This document shows positions 30,001 to 39,376 of a DNA stretch of 64,000 nt, one piece after another. The DNA is taken from contig CAZEAB010000002.1 of the NCBI GenBank assembly GCA_964510085.1, positions 35,567-99,566 of the forward strand, read 5' to 3'. A model generated the notes under the pieces. The model did not search any database. It saw nothing but the letters and a program-made list of their open reading frames with translations, and was not told the DNA's origin. The position numbers were made by a program, and so were the translations under genes. Numbering within the stretch: the stretch's first letter is position 1; each line of letters starts with the position of its first letter. Source of the DNA: an uncultured Methanosarcinales archaeon. Lineage in GTDB: Archaea; Nanobdellota; Nanobdellia; Woesearchaeales; GW2011-AR9.

Positions 30001-30323
30001 TAAACCTAAGTCTGCAGCAAGGAATTTCTCCTCGATTAATAGCAGAACAAAGTTTAACCATAGAAGGTAACCCAATCATAACAGAGTTACGCGACTTTTT
30101 AATTGATTTTGAACCAACAACTACTGATTCAATACCAGCAGGTAGTACAGTTCAAGAACAAGCTCAAGAAACACAACAAGAGATACAACAAGAAACATCC
30201 ACTGTATCATTTCAAGATACAAATGAAAAAACTAAATGTGCTGGTTGTGGTGCAACACAAATGAGACAGAACGGAACCTGCATGCTTTGTGAAGTATGTG
30301 GGGATACAACCGGATGTAGTTAA
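27024..30323 (+). CDS. nrdJ: Class II (AdoCbl-dependent) ribonucleotide reductase, copy 1
   Basis: [51 protein letters not shown]-terminal CAGC...CMLCEVCG...GCS. Confidence 0.96.
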   Translation: MVNMENQETITMEKQGLKISRYFTEDGKNPFDMYTFEKRSSTIKNPDGSLVFNMDDVEVPSTWTQVATDILSQKYFRKAGVPLRNNEGELLLDENGKVITGSETSIKQVAHRIAGCWRHWGEKYGYFASPHDADIFYDEMVFMITGQYAAPNSPQWFTTGLNWAYGITGPAQGHSYVDPTTKKLELSKDAYVRSQPHACFIQYVNDDLVRDGGIFSLLTREARIFKYGSGTGSNFSNLRGRGENLSGGGSSSGLMSFLKIFDTAAGSIKSGGTTRRAAKMVCLDLDHPEIKDFIWWKVKEEEKVADLVAGSRILHKRLSKLIDAAKNQENPLAIPAVQTMIREAVQDEIPINYLVRSLDLAKQGYEMPLEVFDTHYESEAYQTVSGQNSNNSVRIPNTFFHALKTGNEWELKSRTDGSTISTVSPQELWDDIGYCAWASADPGVQFDTTINEWHTCPAGGRINGSNPCSEYMFLDDTACNLASINLRKFYDDTNNTFDVVGYRHAIRLWTIALEISVLMAHFPSEKIAERSYLYRTLGLGYANVGSLLMMKGITYDSDEGRAIAGAMAAILTGDSYATSAELAKTLGAFEEYEKNKEPMLQVIRNHRRAAYNQTDYEGLSVTPLGINQELCPQNLLKAAHSAWDNALEWGTQYGFRNAQTTVIAPTGTIGLVMDCDTTGVEPDYALVKFKKLAGGGFFKIVNQSVPKALLNLGYEENEVREIIAYCLGRGTFDGSPTINRESLLAKGLDEKQISAVEKELGNSMDITFMFNEFTLGEEFYKSKIGNNKNFLHVIGFTQEDITKANNYICGTMTLEGAPHLKEEHYPVFDCANKCGNTGTRYIHPYGHMKMLAAVQPFISGAISKTINMPREWTVEQIKKAYQDSWKMMIKAVALYRDGCKLSQPLNATLSESSEFAKILAAPTTKVTTQTASEPLAQTPLAALTRIIKQVQVGMKKVAYHAEIHTDVLTNVNIQMEWVSPIQKVTMDALCNVVNLSLQQGISPRLIAEQSLTIEGNPIITELRDFLIDFEPTTTDSIPAGSTVQEQAQETQQEIQQETSTVSFQDTNEKTKCAGCGATQMRQNGTCMLCEVCGDTTGCS

Positions 30324-30334
30324 GGAGGAATATT

Positions 30335-32386
30335 ATGAATGCTTCAGTACAAACAACAAAAATAAAACATGTTGTGAAGCGTGATGGAAGACGTGCGGAT
30401 TTTAATATTAATAAGATAGTTGAAGCAATATTCAAAGCAGCTCAATCTGTTGGTGGGGATAATAGAGACCTTGCACTTAACTTAGCATATCAAGTTCTCG
30501 AACAGCTAGAAGAGAGATATGATGAACCAACAGTAGAAAATCTTCAAGATTTAGTTGAAAGAATTCTTATCGAAAATGGACACGTACGTACAGCAAAAGC
30601 ATACATTCTTTATCGGTACAAAAAAACTAAAGAACGAGAGCGAAGTGCAATAATTCTTGGAAAGAAAGACACCTCTGATAGTTTAAACTTTACTTATGAC
30701 GCATTAAAAATACTTGAACGAAGATATCTATTAAGAGATAAAACAGGTGTAGCAGAAACACCTCGTGACATGATTTGGCGTGTTGCACTTAATGTTGCAA
30801 AAGCAGATAGTCTCTACGGATTAACGGAAGAACAAGTTGAAGAAACAGCTTCTAAATTCTTTGACATAATGGCTTCATTAAAATTTCTTCCTAACTCCCC
30901 TACTTTAATTAACGCAGGTGCAAAAGTCCAACAACTACCTGCATGTTTTGTACTTCCTGTTGAAGATAAAATGGAAGGCATTTTCAAAACTCTTCATGAT
31001 GCTGCTGTAATACACCAACGAGGTGCAGGAACGGGATTTAGTTTTTCCCGTCTTAGACCAAAGAATGATCCCGTTAGTAAAAATAAAGGAGTTGCAGCAG
31101 GCCCAGTAGCATTCATGAACGTCTTTGATAAAGCACTCGAATCAATAAAACAAGGAGGAGTACGTCCTGGAGCGAATATGGCCGTACTTCGAGTAGATCA
31201 TCCCGATGTCATACGATTTATTGAATGTAAAAGAAACAAGAACCGACTTAAGAACTTCAATGTTTCAGTTGCAGTGACAGATAGATTCATGCGAGCTGTT
31301 GAAGAAGATAGAGAATATTTCATTAAAAATCCAAGAACCAACAAATTTTTTGGGAAGTTACGTGCAAGAGACGTATTTGCAGTTATAACTCAAAACGCAT
31401 GGAAAACAGGAGATCCCGGATTAATATTCATAGACGAAATTAATCGTAAACACCCAGCAAAACACCTTGGCGAGATAGAAACAACCAACCAGTGTGCTGA
31501 AGCACCACTTCTTCCAAACGAATCTTGTTGTCTTGGTTCTATAGATGTTAATAAATTTGTTATGAGGAACCACTTTAATTGGACTGGATTAAAAGAAACA
31601 GTTAGAACCTCTGTACACTTCTTAGATAATGCAATAGATGTCACAACATACTCCACAAAAGAAACTGAAGAAGCAACAAAACTCACGCGTAAATTTGGAT
31701 TAGGTATAATGGGCTTTGCTGACATGTTAATGAATCTTGGAATCAAATATGATTCAGAACAAGGATTGGAAATTGGCGAGAAATTAATGAAATTCATCAA
31801 AGACGCCGCATATGAAATGTCAGAAGAACTCGCAAAAAAAAGAGGAGTTTGCCCTGCATGGAAAGGATCTGAACACGAACGAGTTGGAAGAAAAATTAGA
31901 AACATGACTTGCATAGCTCTTTCACCAACTGGCACTCGAAGTATTTTTGCAGACACCTCACCGGGATGTGAACCAGCATTTGCAATTAGTTATCATAAAA
32001 CCGTATTAGACAGCAACCAACTTGTATCTCTTAACAAAGCATTTGAGAGAGTAGCACATGAAAGAGAATTTTACTCTCCTGAACTAATCAACAAAGTCAC
32101 AAAATTAGGAAGCATTCAATCAATAAAAGAAATACCAAAAGACGTACGTGACATATTTGTAACAGCACAAGATATTGACCCAGAATGGCATATACGAATG
32201 CAAGCAACTTTACAGAAACACGTGGATAACGCAATATCAAAAACAATAAATTTTCCACGAACTGCCGCAATTAGAGATGTAGAAAATGCATACCTTCTTG
32301 CATGGAAAGCAAGATGTAAAGGAATAACAATTTACCGTGATGGAAGTTATGAAGATCAAGTAATTACAATAGGAGAAGGATTATGA
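30335..32386 (+). CDS. nrdJ: Class II ribonucleotide reductase, copy 2, N-terminal ATP cone, no C-terminal Cys tail
   Basis: VVKRDG ATP cone, FLPNSPTL.NAG, QLPACF, GG.RPGANM, TNQCAE, ESCCLGS, SPTGT, AISKTIN, ITIYRDGS. Confidence 0.93.
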   Translation: MNASVQTTKIKHVVKRDGRRADFNINKIVEAIFKAAQSVGGDNRDLALNLAYQVLEQLEERYDEPTVENLQDLVERILIENGHVRTAKAYILYRYKKTKERERSAIILGKKDTSDSLNFTYDALKILERRYLLRDKTGVAETPRDMIWRVALNVAKADSLYGLTEEQVEETASKFFDIMASLKFLPNSPTLINAGAKVQQLPACFVLPVEDKMEGIFKTLHDAAVIHQRGAGTGFSFSRLRPKNDPVSKNKGVAAGPVAFMNVFDKALESIKQGGVRPGANMAVLRVDHPDVIRFIECKRNKNRLKNFNVSVAVTDRFMRAVEEDREYFIKNPRTNKFFGKLRARDVFAVITQNAWKTGDPGLIFIDEINRKHPAKHLGEIETTNQCAEAPLLPNESCCLGSIDVNKFVMRNHFNWTGLKETVRTSVHFLDNAIDVTTYSTKETEEATKLTRKFGLGIMGFADMLMNLGIKYDSEQGLEIGEKLMKFIKDAAYEMSEELAKKRGVCPAWKGSEHERVGRKIRNMTCIALSPTGTRSIFADTSPGCEPAFAISYHKTVLDSNQLVSLNKAFERVAHEREFYSPELINKVTKLGSIQSIKEIPKDVRDIFVTAQDIDPEWHIRMQATLQKHVDNAISKTINFPRTAAIRDVENAYLLAWKARCKGITIYRDGSYEDQVITIGEGL

Positions 32387-32958
32387 AAGTCTATACAAAA
32401 ATAGGAGATCAGGGAAAAACACAATTTTTCGGATGCGGATTAATTTCAAAAGATGATCCTAGGATAGATGCCCTTGGCGCTTTTGATGAACTAAACTCTG
32501 TAATCGGACTAACTCTTAGCTTTGTAGAAGATGAAAGAATGGTAGCCCATCTCACAAAAATGCAACATGATTTATTCCAACTTAGTGCAGACTTAGTAGG
32601 TAGTGCCCTTCGCCCAGAATCACTTCCTCGAATTACACAAGAACATATTGACCATTTAGAAAAAGAAATAGACATATTAGAAGAAAAATTAGGCATGCCA
32701 ACAAGTTTTATTCTTCCAGGAGGAACAAAAGCAAGCGCATTCCTTCATCTATGTAGGGTTATTACAAGACGTGCTGAACGAACACTCGTTTGCGTAAAGA
32801 ATAAAAATGCAATACACATTAACCCAGAAATGCTAAGATTTGTTAACAGACTTAGCGACTTCCTTTACGTACTTGCACGTCAAGCAAATAAAGAAGTTAA
32901 CATGAGCGAACAAAAACCAATATACAAATACTTTAAAGAGGTACAAAATGACATTTGA
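32383..32958 (+). CDS. pduO: ATP:cob(I)alamin adenosyltransferase, PduO type
   Basis: KVYTK.GD.G.T, DELNS.IG, FILPGG, R...RRAER, NRLSD.L...AR. Confidence 0.95.
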   Translation: MKVYTKIGDQGKTQFFGCGLISKDDPRIDALGAFDELNSVIGLTLSFVEDERMVAHLTKMQHDLFQLSADLVGSALRPESLPRITQEHIDHLEKEIDILEEKLGMPTSFILPGGTKASAFLHLCRVITRRAERTLVCVKNKNAIHINPEMLRFVNRLSDFLYVLARQANKEVNMSEQKPIYKYFKEVQNDI

Positions 32959-33457
32959 ACACATAGATAAGGAATTACAAAAAGAAATACATACAGCAAT
33001 AAAACATTTGCTAAAACAATTCCATGAAGCTGAAGAAATGGAACAAGTTATCACAAATGCTGGTGAAACCGTCAGCAAAGATGATGTAAAAAGATTATCC
33101 TGGTTATATCGTCATTTATCTCACGAAGAAAAAGAAGTTGCCGAAGAAGAAGGAGAGATATTAGATTTACTAGAAGAATTAAAAAAATTCATATCTAAAG
33201 CAGCACAACAACAGGAAGAACAATTCCATCAACAATTAGATGTAGCAGCAGCACATTTGAAAATTCTTGCCTCATTCAATGATGGAGAGCTGGCGAAAGC
33301 ACTTGCAGCATGCCAAGACGATTTTAACATTGCAGAACACAAAGAAGAATGGGAAAAGTTAGAAAAAGTTCTTGTTGATTTAGTTCAATGGATTAAGAAC
33401 AACGCAGCTATACTCAAATTACTGGAAGAATGGGAAGAAGGTTTGAATGAGGGGTGA
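32948..33457 (+). CDS. Acidic helical hypothetical protein
   Basis: 169 aa, overlaps the pduO 3' end, GAGG upstream. Confidence 0.6.
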   Translation: MTFEHIDKELQKEIHTAIKHLLKQFHEAEEMEQVITNAGETVSKDDVKRLSWLYRHLSHEEKEVAEEEGEILDLLEELKKFISKAAQQQEEQFHQQLDVAAAHLKILASFNDGELAKALAACQDDFNIAEHKEEWEKLEKVLVDLVQWIKNNAAILKLLEEWEEGLNEG

Positions 33458-33468
33458 TATTTTAATTA

Positions 33469-34341
33469 TTACCTCTTCAATTCCTTCACCAACAACGAAG
33501 TCACATCAATCTTATTTGTTTTATGTTCAATACAATTAGTTGTAATAACCTTATCAAAATATTTCTTCATCTGATCAACAGCTTTCTCAACAAACAAACC
33601 ATGAACTCCAATCGCAGTAACCGACTTCGCACCTAACTTTCTCGCCTTCTTCGCACCTTCAATCATAGTATGACCAGTAGAAATAATGTCATCAATAATA
33701 ACCACATTTTTTCCTTTCATTTCAATCGGTTTAATCATCTTACTCGTAACAGTTCGAGAAGAATATCTTGTCTTCGCTAAACACGTAGATTCAGATCCAA
33801 CCATCTTAGCAATAACATCTGCCCATTGGTATGACTCCCAATCGGGTCCGATAATAACCACATTCTTCATTTTCTTTTTAATAAACTCAGCAATAACAGT
33901 ATTTGCAGTCAACTTCTTTGTAGAAATTGTAAAAATATCTTTTAACGACTTATACCTATGTAAATGCGGATCAATAGTAATAATCTTATCAATAGAATTA
34001 TTCAACAACTTAGCCATAATCCTGCTTGTAATAGCCTCACCGGGATGAAACCTCTTATCCTGCCTCATATACGCAAGATACGGGGCAACCAAAATAACTT
34101 TCTTCGCTCCCAAATCCTTAGCAGTCTCTGCAGCAACAACAACATCAAACAAACTCATATCAGAATGAGGTTGAAATGATTGAACTATAACCACTTTCTT
34201 TCCTTTTACAGAGGTATTAAACTTCAAATAAATATCTCCATCTGGAAATGAAGAAATAGTAAGAGGAGAAAACTTCGCTTTAACCTTCTTTGCAAGAGCC
34301 TTTGCAATAGGAATAGAATTCCCACAAGTAGTAATTATCAT
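33469..34341 (-). CDS. prs: Ribose-phosphate pyrophosphokinase
   Basis: FPDG, PYLAY.RQDK.F..GE, DPH, IIDDIISTG.T, HGLF. Confidence 0.95.
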   Translation of the reverse strand: MIITTCGNSIPIAKALAKKVKAKFSPLTISSFPDGDIYLKFNTSVKGKKVVIVQSFQPHSDMSLFDVVVAAETAKDLGAKKVILVAPYLAYMRQDKRFHPGEAITSRIMAKLLNNSIDKIITIDPHLHRYKSLKDIFTISTKKLTANTVIAEFIKKKMKNVVIIGPDWESYQWADVIAKMVGSESTCLAKTRYSSRTVTSKMIKPIEMKGKNVVIIDDIISTGHTMIEGAKKARKLGAKSVTAIGVHGLFVEKAVDQMKKYFDKVITTNCIEHKTNKIDVTSLLVKELKR

Positions 34342-34425
34342 ATGAACCTCTTTTTTTAATATTAAATTTTTGAGGTATATAAAGGTAATGATAAGGTATT
34401 TAAATGTTTAAATAATACTATAATC

Positions 34426-34521
34426 ATGAAAAAAGAGAACCTTGCTATAACTATAGCAACTGTTGGCATAATCCTAATTCTAATAACAATTCTCATTGGT
34501 CTTTATTTTCAATTTAGATGA
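34426..34521 (+). CDS. 31-aa single-TM microprotein (not in ORF track)
   Basis: MKKENLAITIATVGIILILITILIGLYFQFR*, TATA upstream, ATGA overlap with next ORF. Confidence 0.5.
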   Translation: MKKENLAITIATVGIILILITILIGLYFQFR

Positions 34522-34736
34522 TGCAAACAAAAAAACAGTTACGGCTGGTTGGATATCTGTTTAATTCATATTCAACAATTATCAGTATGGTACTTATTAT
34601 TCTCCAGATTTTCAAAACAGGAAATTTATCTCCCTTAGAAATATCAATGCTAATTAGTTTATCTATTGGCTTTATAATGGTATTATTGCAGATATATTTT
34701 CAGACAACACATAAATTTTATATAATAACCTACTAA
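34518..34736 (+). CDS. Small hydrophobic hypothetical protein
   Basis: 72 aa with two hydrophobic segments; 3' end runs into the lysS promoter. Confidence 0.35.
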   Translation: MMQTKKQLRLVGYLFNSYSTIISMVLIILQIFKTGNLSPLEISMLISLSIGFIMVLLQIYFQTTHKFYIITY

Positions 34737-34746
34737 CATACTCAAA

Positions 34747-36309
34747 ATGTCAAAAGAATCTAACAAATCAAAAGCATTTCATTGGACGGATGGAGCAGCA
34801 AGAAACATAATTGCAAAACGAGGAGACAAAAAGACTTACGTAGTAGAATCAGGTATCACTCCAAGCGGATTCATTCACCTTGGTAATTTCAGAGAAGCAG
34901 TTACACAAGACCTTGTACGTAAAGGACTAGAACGTGCAGGAAAAAAAGTCAAATTTTTGTATGTTTGGGATGATTATGACGTACTTAGAAAAGTACCAAA
35001 AAATCTTCCAAAACAAGATATGATTAAAGAAAACCTTGGAAGACCTGTTTTCAAAGTTCCAGACCCATTTGAATGCCACAAAAGTTATGCAGAACATTTT
35101 GAAAAAGTGTTTGAAGAAGAAATGAAACAAGTAGGAATTGAATGTACATTTATGTATAGTCATGAACACTATCTTAATTGTGAGTATGCGGATGAAATAA
35201 AAACAGCATTAGAAAACACAGAAAAAATTAAAAATATACTCAATGAATACAGACGAGAACCTCTTGCAAAAGAATGGTTACCAATATTTGTATTCTGTGA
35301 GAAATGTGATAAGGATAAAACCAAAATCACTTGGGAAAAGGGATATGAAGTAAACTATACTTGCGAATGTGGTCACAAGGATACAATTGATTTCAGAAAG
35401 AAAGGAATTGTAACATTACGATGGCGAGTAGACTGGCCAATGCGATGGCACCACAATAAAGTAGATTTTGAATCTGCTGGAAAAGATCATTTTGCATCTG
35501 GTGGTTCTGTAACTACCGGAAGAGAAATTCAAAAGCAAGTTTACAAAACAGAACCCCCTGTTGGATTCATGTACGAATGGATTGGAATTAAAGGAAAAGG
35601 TCAATTTGCATCATCTGCAGGAAATGTAATAACATTAACAGAAATGCTTAAAGTATACGAACCTGCATTAATTAGATATATCTTTGCTGGTACAAGACCT
35701 AACAGAGAATTTTCAATATCATTTGACACAGACGTACTTGCTATCTATGAAGAATTTGATAAAGTAGAAAGAATCTATTTTGGAGAAGATCATAAACACG
35801 CAGCTAAATTAAAAGCAGCATATGAATTAAGCATGAACACAATACCTAAATCACTTCCATATCAACCAAGTATCCGTCATCTATCAATGTTACTTCAGAT
35901 TTACAACTTTGATATGGACAAAGTAATAGGATATTTCTCAAAGGAACTTAAAAATAAATTTGATAAAGACCGTCTTAAAGCAAGAGCAGAATGTGCAGAG
36001 AATTGGGTAAAAGAACATGCACCAGAAGATTTTCGTTTTACTGTACAAGAAAAATCACAAGTAACACTTAGTAAAGAAGGGAAGGAAATTCTACATAAAG
36101 TTGCAGAGAAACTTCAAGAGAAAGATTGGACCGATAAAGAACTTCATGAAGAGATGTATATCCTTTGCACAAATGCAGAATTTCCGCCAGCAGATTTCTT
36201 TAAAACAGCATATCGTGTCTTAATAAACAAAGAGAAAGGCCCTAAACTAGCTTCTTTCATTCTAGAGATTGGAAAAGAAAGGGTTGCAGAACTTTTCAAG
36301 TCGGTGTAG
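34747..36309 (+). CDS. lysS: Lysyl-tRNA synthetase, class I
   Basis: SGITPSG.IHLGNFRE, WRVDWPMRW, E.AGKDH, FASSAGN, GPKL. Confidence 0.96.
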   Translation: MSKESNKSKAFHWTDGAARNIIAKRGDKKTYVVESGITPSGFIHLGNFREAVTQDLVRKGLERAGKKVKFLYVWDDYDVLRKVPKNLPKQDMIKENLGRPVFKVPDPFECHKSYAEHFEKVFEEEMKQVGIECTFMYSHEHYLNCEYADEIKTALENTEKIKNILNEYRREPLAKEWLPIFVFCEKCDKDKTKITWEKGYEVNYTCECGHKDTIDFRKKGIVTLRWRVDWPMRWHHNKVDFESAGKDHFASGGSVTTGREIQKQVYKTEPPVGFMYEWIGIKGKGQFASSAGNVITLTEMLKVYEPALIRYIFAGTRPNREFSISFDTDVLAIYEEFDKVERIYFGEDHKHAAKLKAAYELSMNTIPKSLPYQPSIRHLSMLLQIYNFDMDKVIGYFSKELKNKFDKDRLKARAECAENWVKEHAPEDFRFTVQEKSQVTLSKEGKEILHKVAEKLQEKDWTDKELHEEMYILCTNAEFPPADFFKTAYRVLINKEKGPKLASFILEIGKERVAELFKSV

Positions 36310-36310
36310 A

Positions 36311-36940
36311 ATGAGCGAGTTAGAGCAATATGTAAATTATTTTAGAGCTGTTGATGTGCCACCAAGTAAAACCCATATTTGTAGAGTAACAGATAGAGGT
36401 GTTTATCTTCCATCAAACCCAGTTCATCTTCTACTTGGATTTATCTATCTCCTTAAGGAGGGTATTATCTCTCAAGATGATAGCTTATTAGATGCAGGGT
36501 CAGGTGATGGTCGAGTTGCAATATTGGGTTCATTGTTAGGAATGAGATCTACAGGAGTTGAGTATGATTCTAAATTAGTTGAATTAGCACGATATCATGC
36601 ACAGCAATTAGGAACAGACACAACATTTTTACAAGGAGATTTTACAGACAATGCAACATATCACCCTGGAAGTTTTAGAGACTTCTCACTTGTTTACAAT
36701 TTTATTAATAACGAAGATAAAGTAGCAGAAAAAATTGCTCAAGATTCAAGGGAAGGAACCAAATTTTTGTTATATGGGTGTGTTGATAACGAACAATTTC
36801 CTGGATTAGACTGTACTGGTGGTTTTAACCTTCACGATGATCTTGTTCCAACAAATCCAATAGCTCCCAGAATTGGTGCAATTCATATTTATCATAAACC
36901 ATTAGGTCAACGTGTTTGGGCTACTACTTCAAGATTATAG
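36311..36940 (+). CDS. Class I SAM-dependent methyltransferase (DOT1-like motif spacing)
   Basis: LLDAGSGDGRV, GVEYD, QGDF, VYNFINN; start moved to MSELEQ. Confidence 0.8.
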   Translation: MSELEQYVNYFRAVDVPPSKTHICRVTDRGVYLPSNPVHLLLGFIYLLKEGIISQDDSLLDAGSGDGRVAILGSLLGMRSTGVEYDSKLVELARYHAQQLGTDTTFLQGDFTDNATYHPGSFRDFSLVYNFINNEDKVAEKIAQDSREGTKFLLYGCVDNEQFPGLDCTGGFNLHDDLVPTNPIAPRIGAIHIYHKPLGQRVWATTSRL

Positions 36941-36944
36941 AAAG

Positions 36945-36956
36945 TGTGGACGGCAG
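36945..36956 (-). repeat. Duplicate of the tRNA-Leu 3' end (12 bp)
   Basis: TGTGGACGGCAG at 36945-36956 is identical to 37013-37024. Confidence 0.85.
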
Positions 36957-37012
36957 ACAAGTTAAAATCAAAGATTCACAAGCCTGCCTTACCTAATCTA
37001 AGAAATAAAATA

Positions 37013-37146
37013 TGTGGACGGCAGGGTTTGAACCTGCGTAGGCACTAAGCCACTGGGTCCTAAGCATAGCCAGGAAACTCAAGTGAGAATCCTTCCAGCC
37101 CGTTTATATGGCTCCCAGACGGAAGTGACCACTCCGGCACGTCCAC
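37013..37146 (-). tRNA. tRNA-Leu(UAG) with D-loop intron (about 19-21 nt) and 30/31 intron (29 nt)
   Basis: GTGGACG-TG-CCGGAGTGGTCA[..]AACGG-G-CTGG[AAGGA..CTAT]G-CT TAG GA-CCCAG, long variable arm, GCAGG-TTCAAAC-CCTGC-CGTCCAC-A. Confidence 0.88.
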
Positions 37147-37190
37147 GTGAAACATGGACTGACGGTTCCGAAAATCTAAGATTTTAGTTA

Positions 37191-37205
37191 CCGGCACGTC
37201 CACGT
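37191..37205 (-). repeat. Duplicate of the tRNA-Leu 5' end (15 bp)
   Basis: CCGGCACGTCCACGT at 37191-37205 is identical to 37134-37148. Confidence 0.9.
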
Positions 37206-37287
37206 AAAGAGAATAAAGCAGTGACCTCTTTAAAAACATTTCTACATTTTCATAAACTTTAAAAGAGGACCATACACAAACACCAAT

Positions 37288-37944
37288 ATGAAACTCGTAC
37301 CAATCATATTAATTGCAGTAACATTACTACTAACTGGCTGTCTTACAAACTCTACTGAAACAGGACCTTGTGCAGGACTATCAGATTCAGCGAAAGATGA
37401 ATGTTTCTTTGAAGAGCTATCATGTAGTAAAATTAAGAACGATAAATCACGAGATTCATGTGTTGCAGAACTAGCTAAAGCAAAAGATGATGTAACCGTC
37501 TGTGACTTAATTGTAGATTCCGCAACAAAAGACTTCTGTACTCAGACATTTGCAGTTAAAGAGGGTAATTTTGAAGTTTGTATGGGTATAAAAACCCCCT
37601 ACTGGCAGAATAACTGCTTCAATAGTATCGCAACAGACACAAATGATGACACATTATGTGCGTTTATTGTAAATGACAAACAACGTATAAGTTGCTATAA
37701 AGAAATTGCATTTAAAACAAATAACACAGATTTATGTGTATTTACTGAAGATCGTGATTTTTGTGTATACACCATTGCAAAAAATACAAAAGATTTCAAA
37801 TTATGTGATAAAATTGAAAGTAGTTTGAACCAAAATGCATGTAGATTAAAAGTAGCAAAAGAACGAAATGATAAGAGTTTATGTAAAGAGATTAAAATAG
37901 CCGATTTAGTTCAAATTTGTAACGAACATTTTGATTCAGCTTAA
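37288..37944 (+). CDS. Cys-rich helical-repeat lipoprotein
   Basis: Signal peptide with LTGC lipobox; about seven C..I.....K/R..C....A....D..L repeats of about 26 aa. Confidence 0.8.
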   Translation: MKLVPIILIAVTLLLTGCLTNSTETGPCAGLSDSAKDECFFEELSCSKIKNDKSRDSCVAELAKAKDDVTVCDLIVDSATKDFCTQTFAVKEGNFEVCMGIKTPYWQNNCFNSIATDTNDDTLCAFIVNDKQRISCYKEIAFKTNNTDLCVFTEDRDFCVYTIAKNTKDFKLCDKIESSLNQNACRLKVAKERNDKSLCKEIKIADLVQICNEHFDSA

Positions 37945-37999
37945 ATATACCGCAACCTTTATATAACAACAACTTTCTGCGGTTATTGAGGTAATTACA

Positions 38000-38224
38000 A
38001 TGGAAGCATCACGTCCTTTAGACACATTAAATCAAGCACGAGGAAAGAAAGTCTTAGTAGACTTAAAAAACGGCCAACGATATGTTGGGATATTAAGAGC
38101 ATTTGATATTCATATAAACACAGTATTAGAAGAGTGTGAAGAACACAAGAATGGTGAAGTAGCTCGTAAGTTAGGCACTGTCTTTTTACGAGGAGATACA
38201 ATCATTCTTATAAACCCAAATTAA
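38000..38224 (+). CDS. Sm-like archaeal protein (Lsm)
   Basis: RPLD.L, V.V.LKNG, G.LRAFD.H.N.VL, LRGD. Confidence 0.95.
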   Translation: MEASRPLDTLNQARGKKVLVDLKNGQRYVGILRAFDIHINTVLEECEEHKNGEVARKLGTVFLRGDTIILINPN

Positions 38225-38225
38225 A

Positions 38226-38387
38226 ATGAAAGGAACAGCAAGTATGGGCCGTAAGAGCGGTAAAACAAGCCACATTCAATGTAGAAGGTGCGGTGGCCAC
38301 TCATACCATATTCGTAAAAATCGATGTTCTTCATGCGGTTATGGCGCTACAGCACGAATGCGTTCTTATGCGTGGAATAAGAAATAG
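38226..38387 (+). CDS. rpl37e: 50S ribosomal protein eL37 (not in ORF track)
   Basis: MKGTASMGRKSGKTSHIQCRRCGGHSYHIRKNRCSSCGYGATARMRSYAWNKK*; usual Lsm-eL37 pairing. Confidence 0.96.
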   Translation: MKGTASMGRKSGKTSHIQCRRCGGHSYHIRKNRCSSCGYGATARMRSYAWNKK

Positions 38388-38438
38388 TAAGAATATACTA
38401 TTTATTATTTAAAATTCTTTATTAACTACTTTAAGGAA

Positions 38439-39275
38439 TTATAATATCAATTTAGCAACAGTTTTACGCCCATCTAATTCATATGCCATACCTAATTTTG
38501 AATCAGACATAAACCTAACCTTTTTCCCTGGATTCCATTCACTTTTAGAGGGGAAATATACTGATAATGAAGCAAGTTCCTGGTCATGTAAATAAGCTAA
38601 ATCCGAAGGCAATCTTCTTTGAACTATTTCTTCACCTAAGTTTAATACTGCATTTATGTTATCAAAATCTCCAGTAACTATTGCAACATTTGCAGTAGGA
38701 TCAAAACATTCCATCATTGCTGCTACAACTAGCTTTGCATCTTGACTTGAATAAGAAACTACTCTATTTTTTTGAAAAATATTTCTTCGAGGTTCATGGA
38801 GTCTTGCTTTACGCATGTATCTCTCTAATTCTGGCCACGAACACTCTTCTAAACGGGAGTCTAATAATCTATAAATCTCTTCATGTGCGTCAATTGATGA
38901 TTCTAAAGCTGTTTCTTTATGACCACTTTTAACACCTTTATGTGTTCTTACTACCTTTTGTAAATGGTTTATCATCACTTTATATTCTTGAAGTACTTCT
39001 TCTACCGTAACAATATTGGAATGATCTCTAATAATTGCTAATAAATCATCAACATGTTGTTTTTGTCTATTCAATAACCTTATTGACATTCCTTTAAATC
39101 CAAATGAATTACCACATCTTGGAACAACTCTTCCTTTTGCACCAATATAATCCGAAAAATTTGGAGCTCGTACTCTTATAGAACTAAGATTGTAATCCTT
39201 ACCCATAATAGAACCATCTAAAAAAACTTTTGTAGTACTTCTAGCTAACTCATCTAATGTAGTTGTGAGATCCAT
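38439..39275 (-). CDS. PIN-domain-like putative ribonuclease
   Basis: VFLDGS, EEVLQE, S.QDAKLV, IVTGDFD acidic set. Confidence 0.65.
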   Translation of the reverse strand: MDLTTTLDELARSTTKVFLDGSIMGKDYNLSSIRVRAPNFSDYIGAKGRVVPRCGNSFGFKGMSIRLLNRQKQHVDDLLAIIRDHSNIVTVEEVLQEYKVMINHLQKVVRTHKGVKSGHKETALESSIDAHEEIYRLLDSRLEECSWPELERYMRKARLHEPRRNIFQKNRVVSYSSQDAKLVVAAMMECFDPTANVAIVTGDFDNINAVLNLGEEIVQRRLPSDLAYLHDQELASLSVYFPSKSEWNPGKKVRFMSDSKLGMAYELDGRKTVAKLIL

Positions 39276-39376
39276 TTAACCCTCAAAATTACTATTCTTT
39301 ATAAGAGTTACTGAAATAACCACTCTACAGTAAATAAAACGCAAGGTTTATAAACCCCTCTTATTACCAGCTAGAT

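Noticed and set aside
27024..30323. Intein in the long NrdJ
   Set aside because: No intein splice-junction (C/S...HN-C/S/T) or LAGLIDADG blocks seen; extra length is spread over insertions and the C-terminal region
36945..37205. Mini CRISPR array
   Set aside because: The repeats are two different 12-15 bp tRNA ends, each present only twice, and no cas genes are nearby
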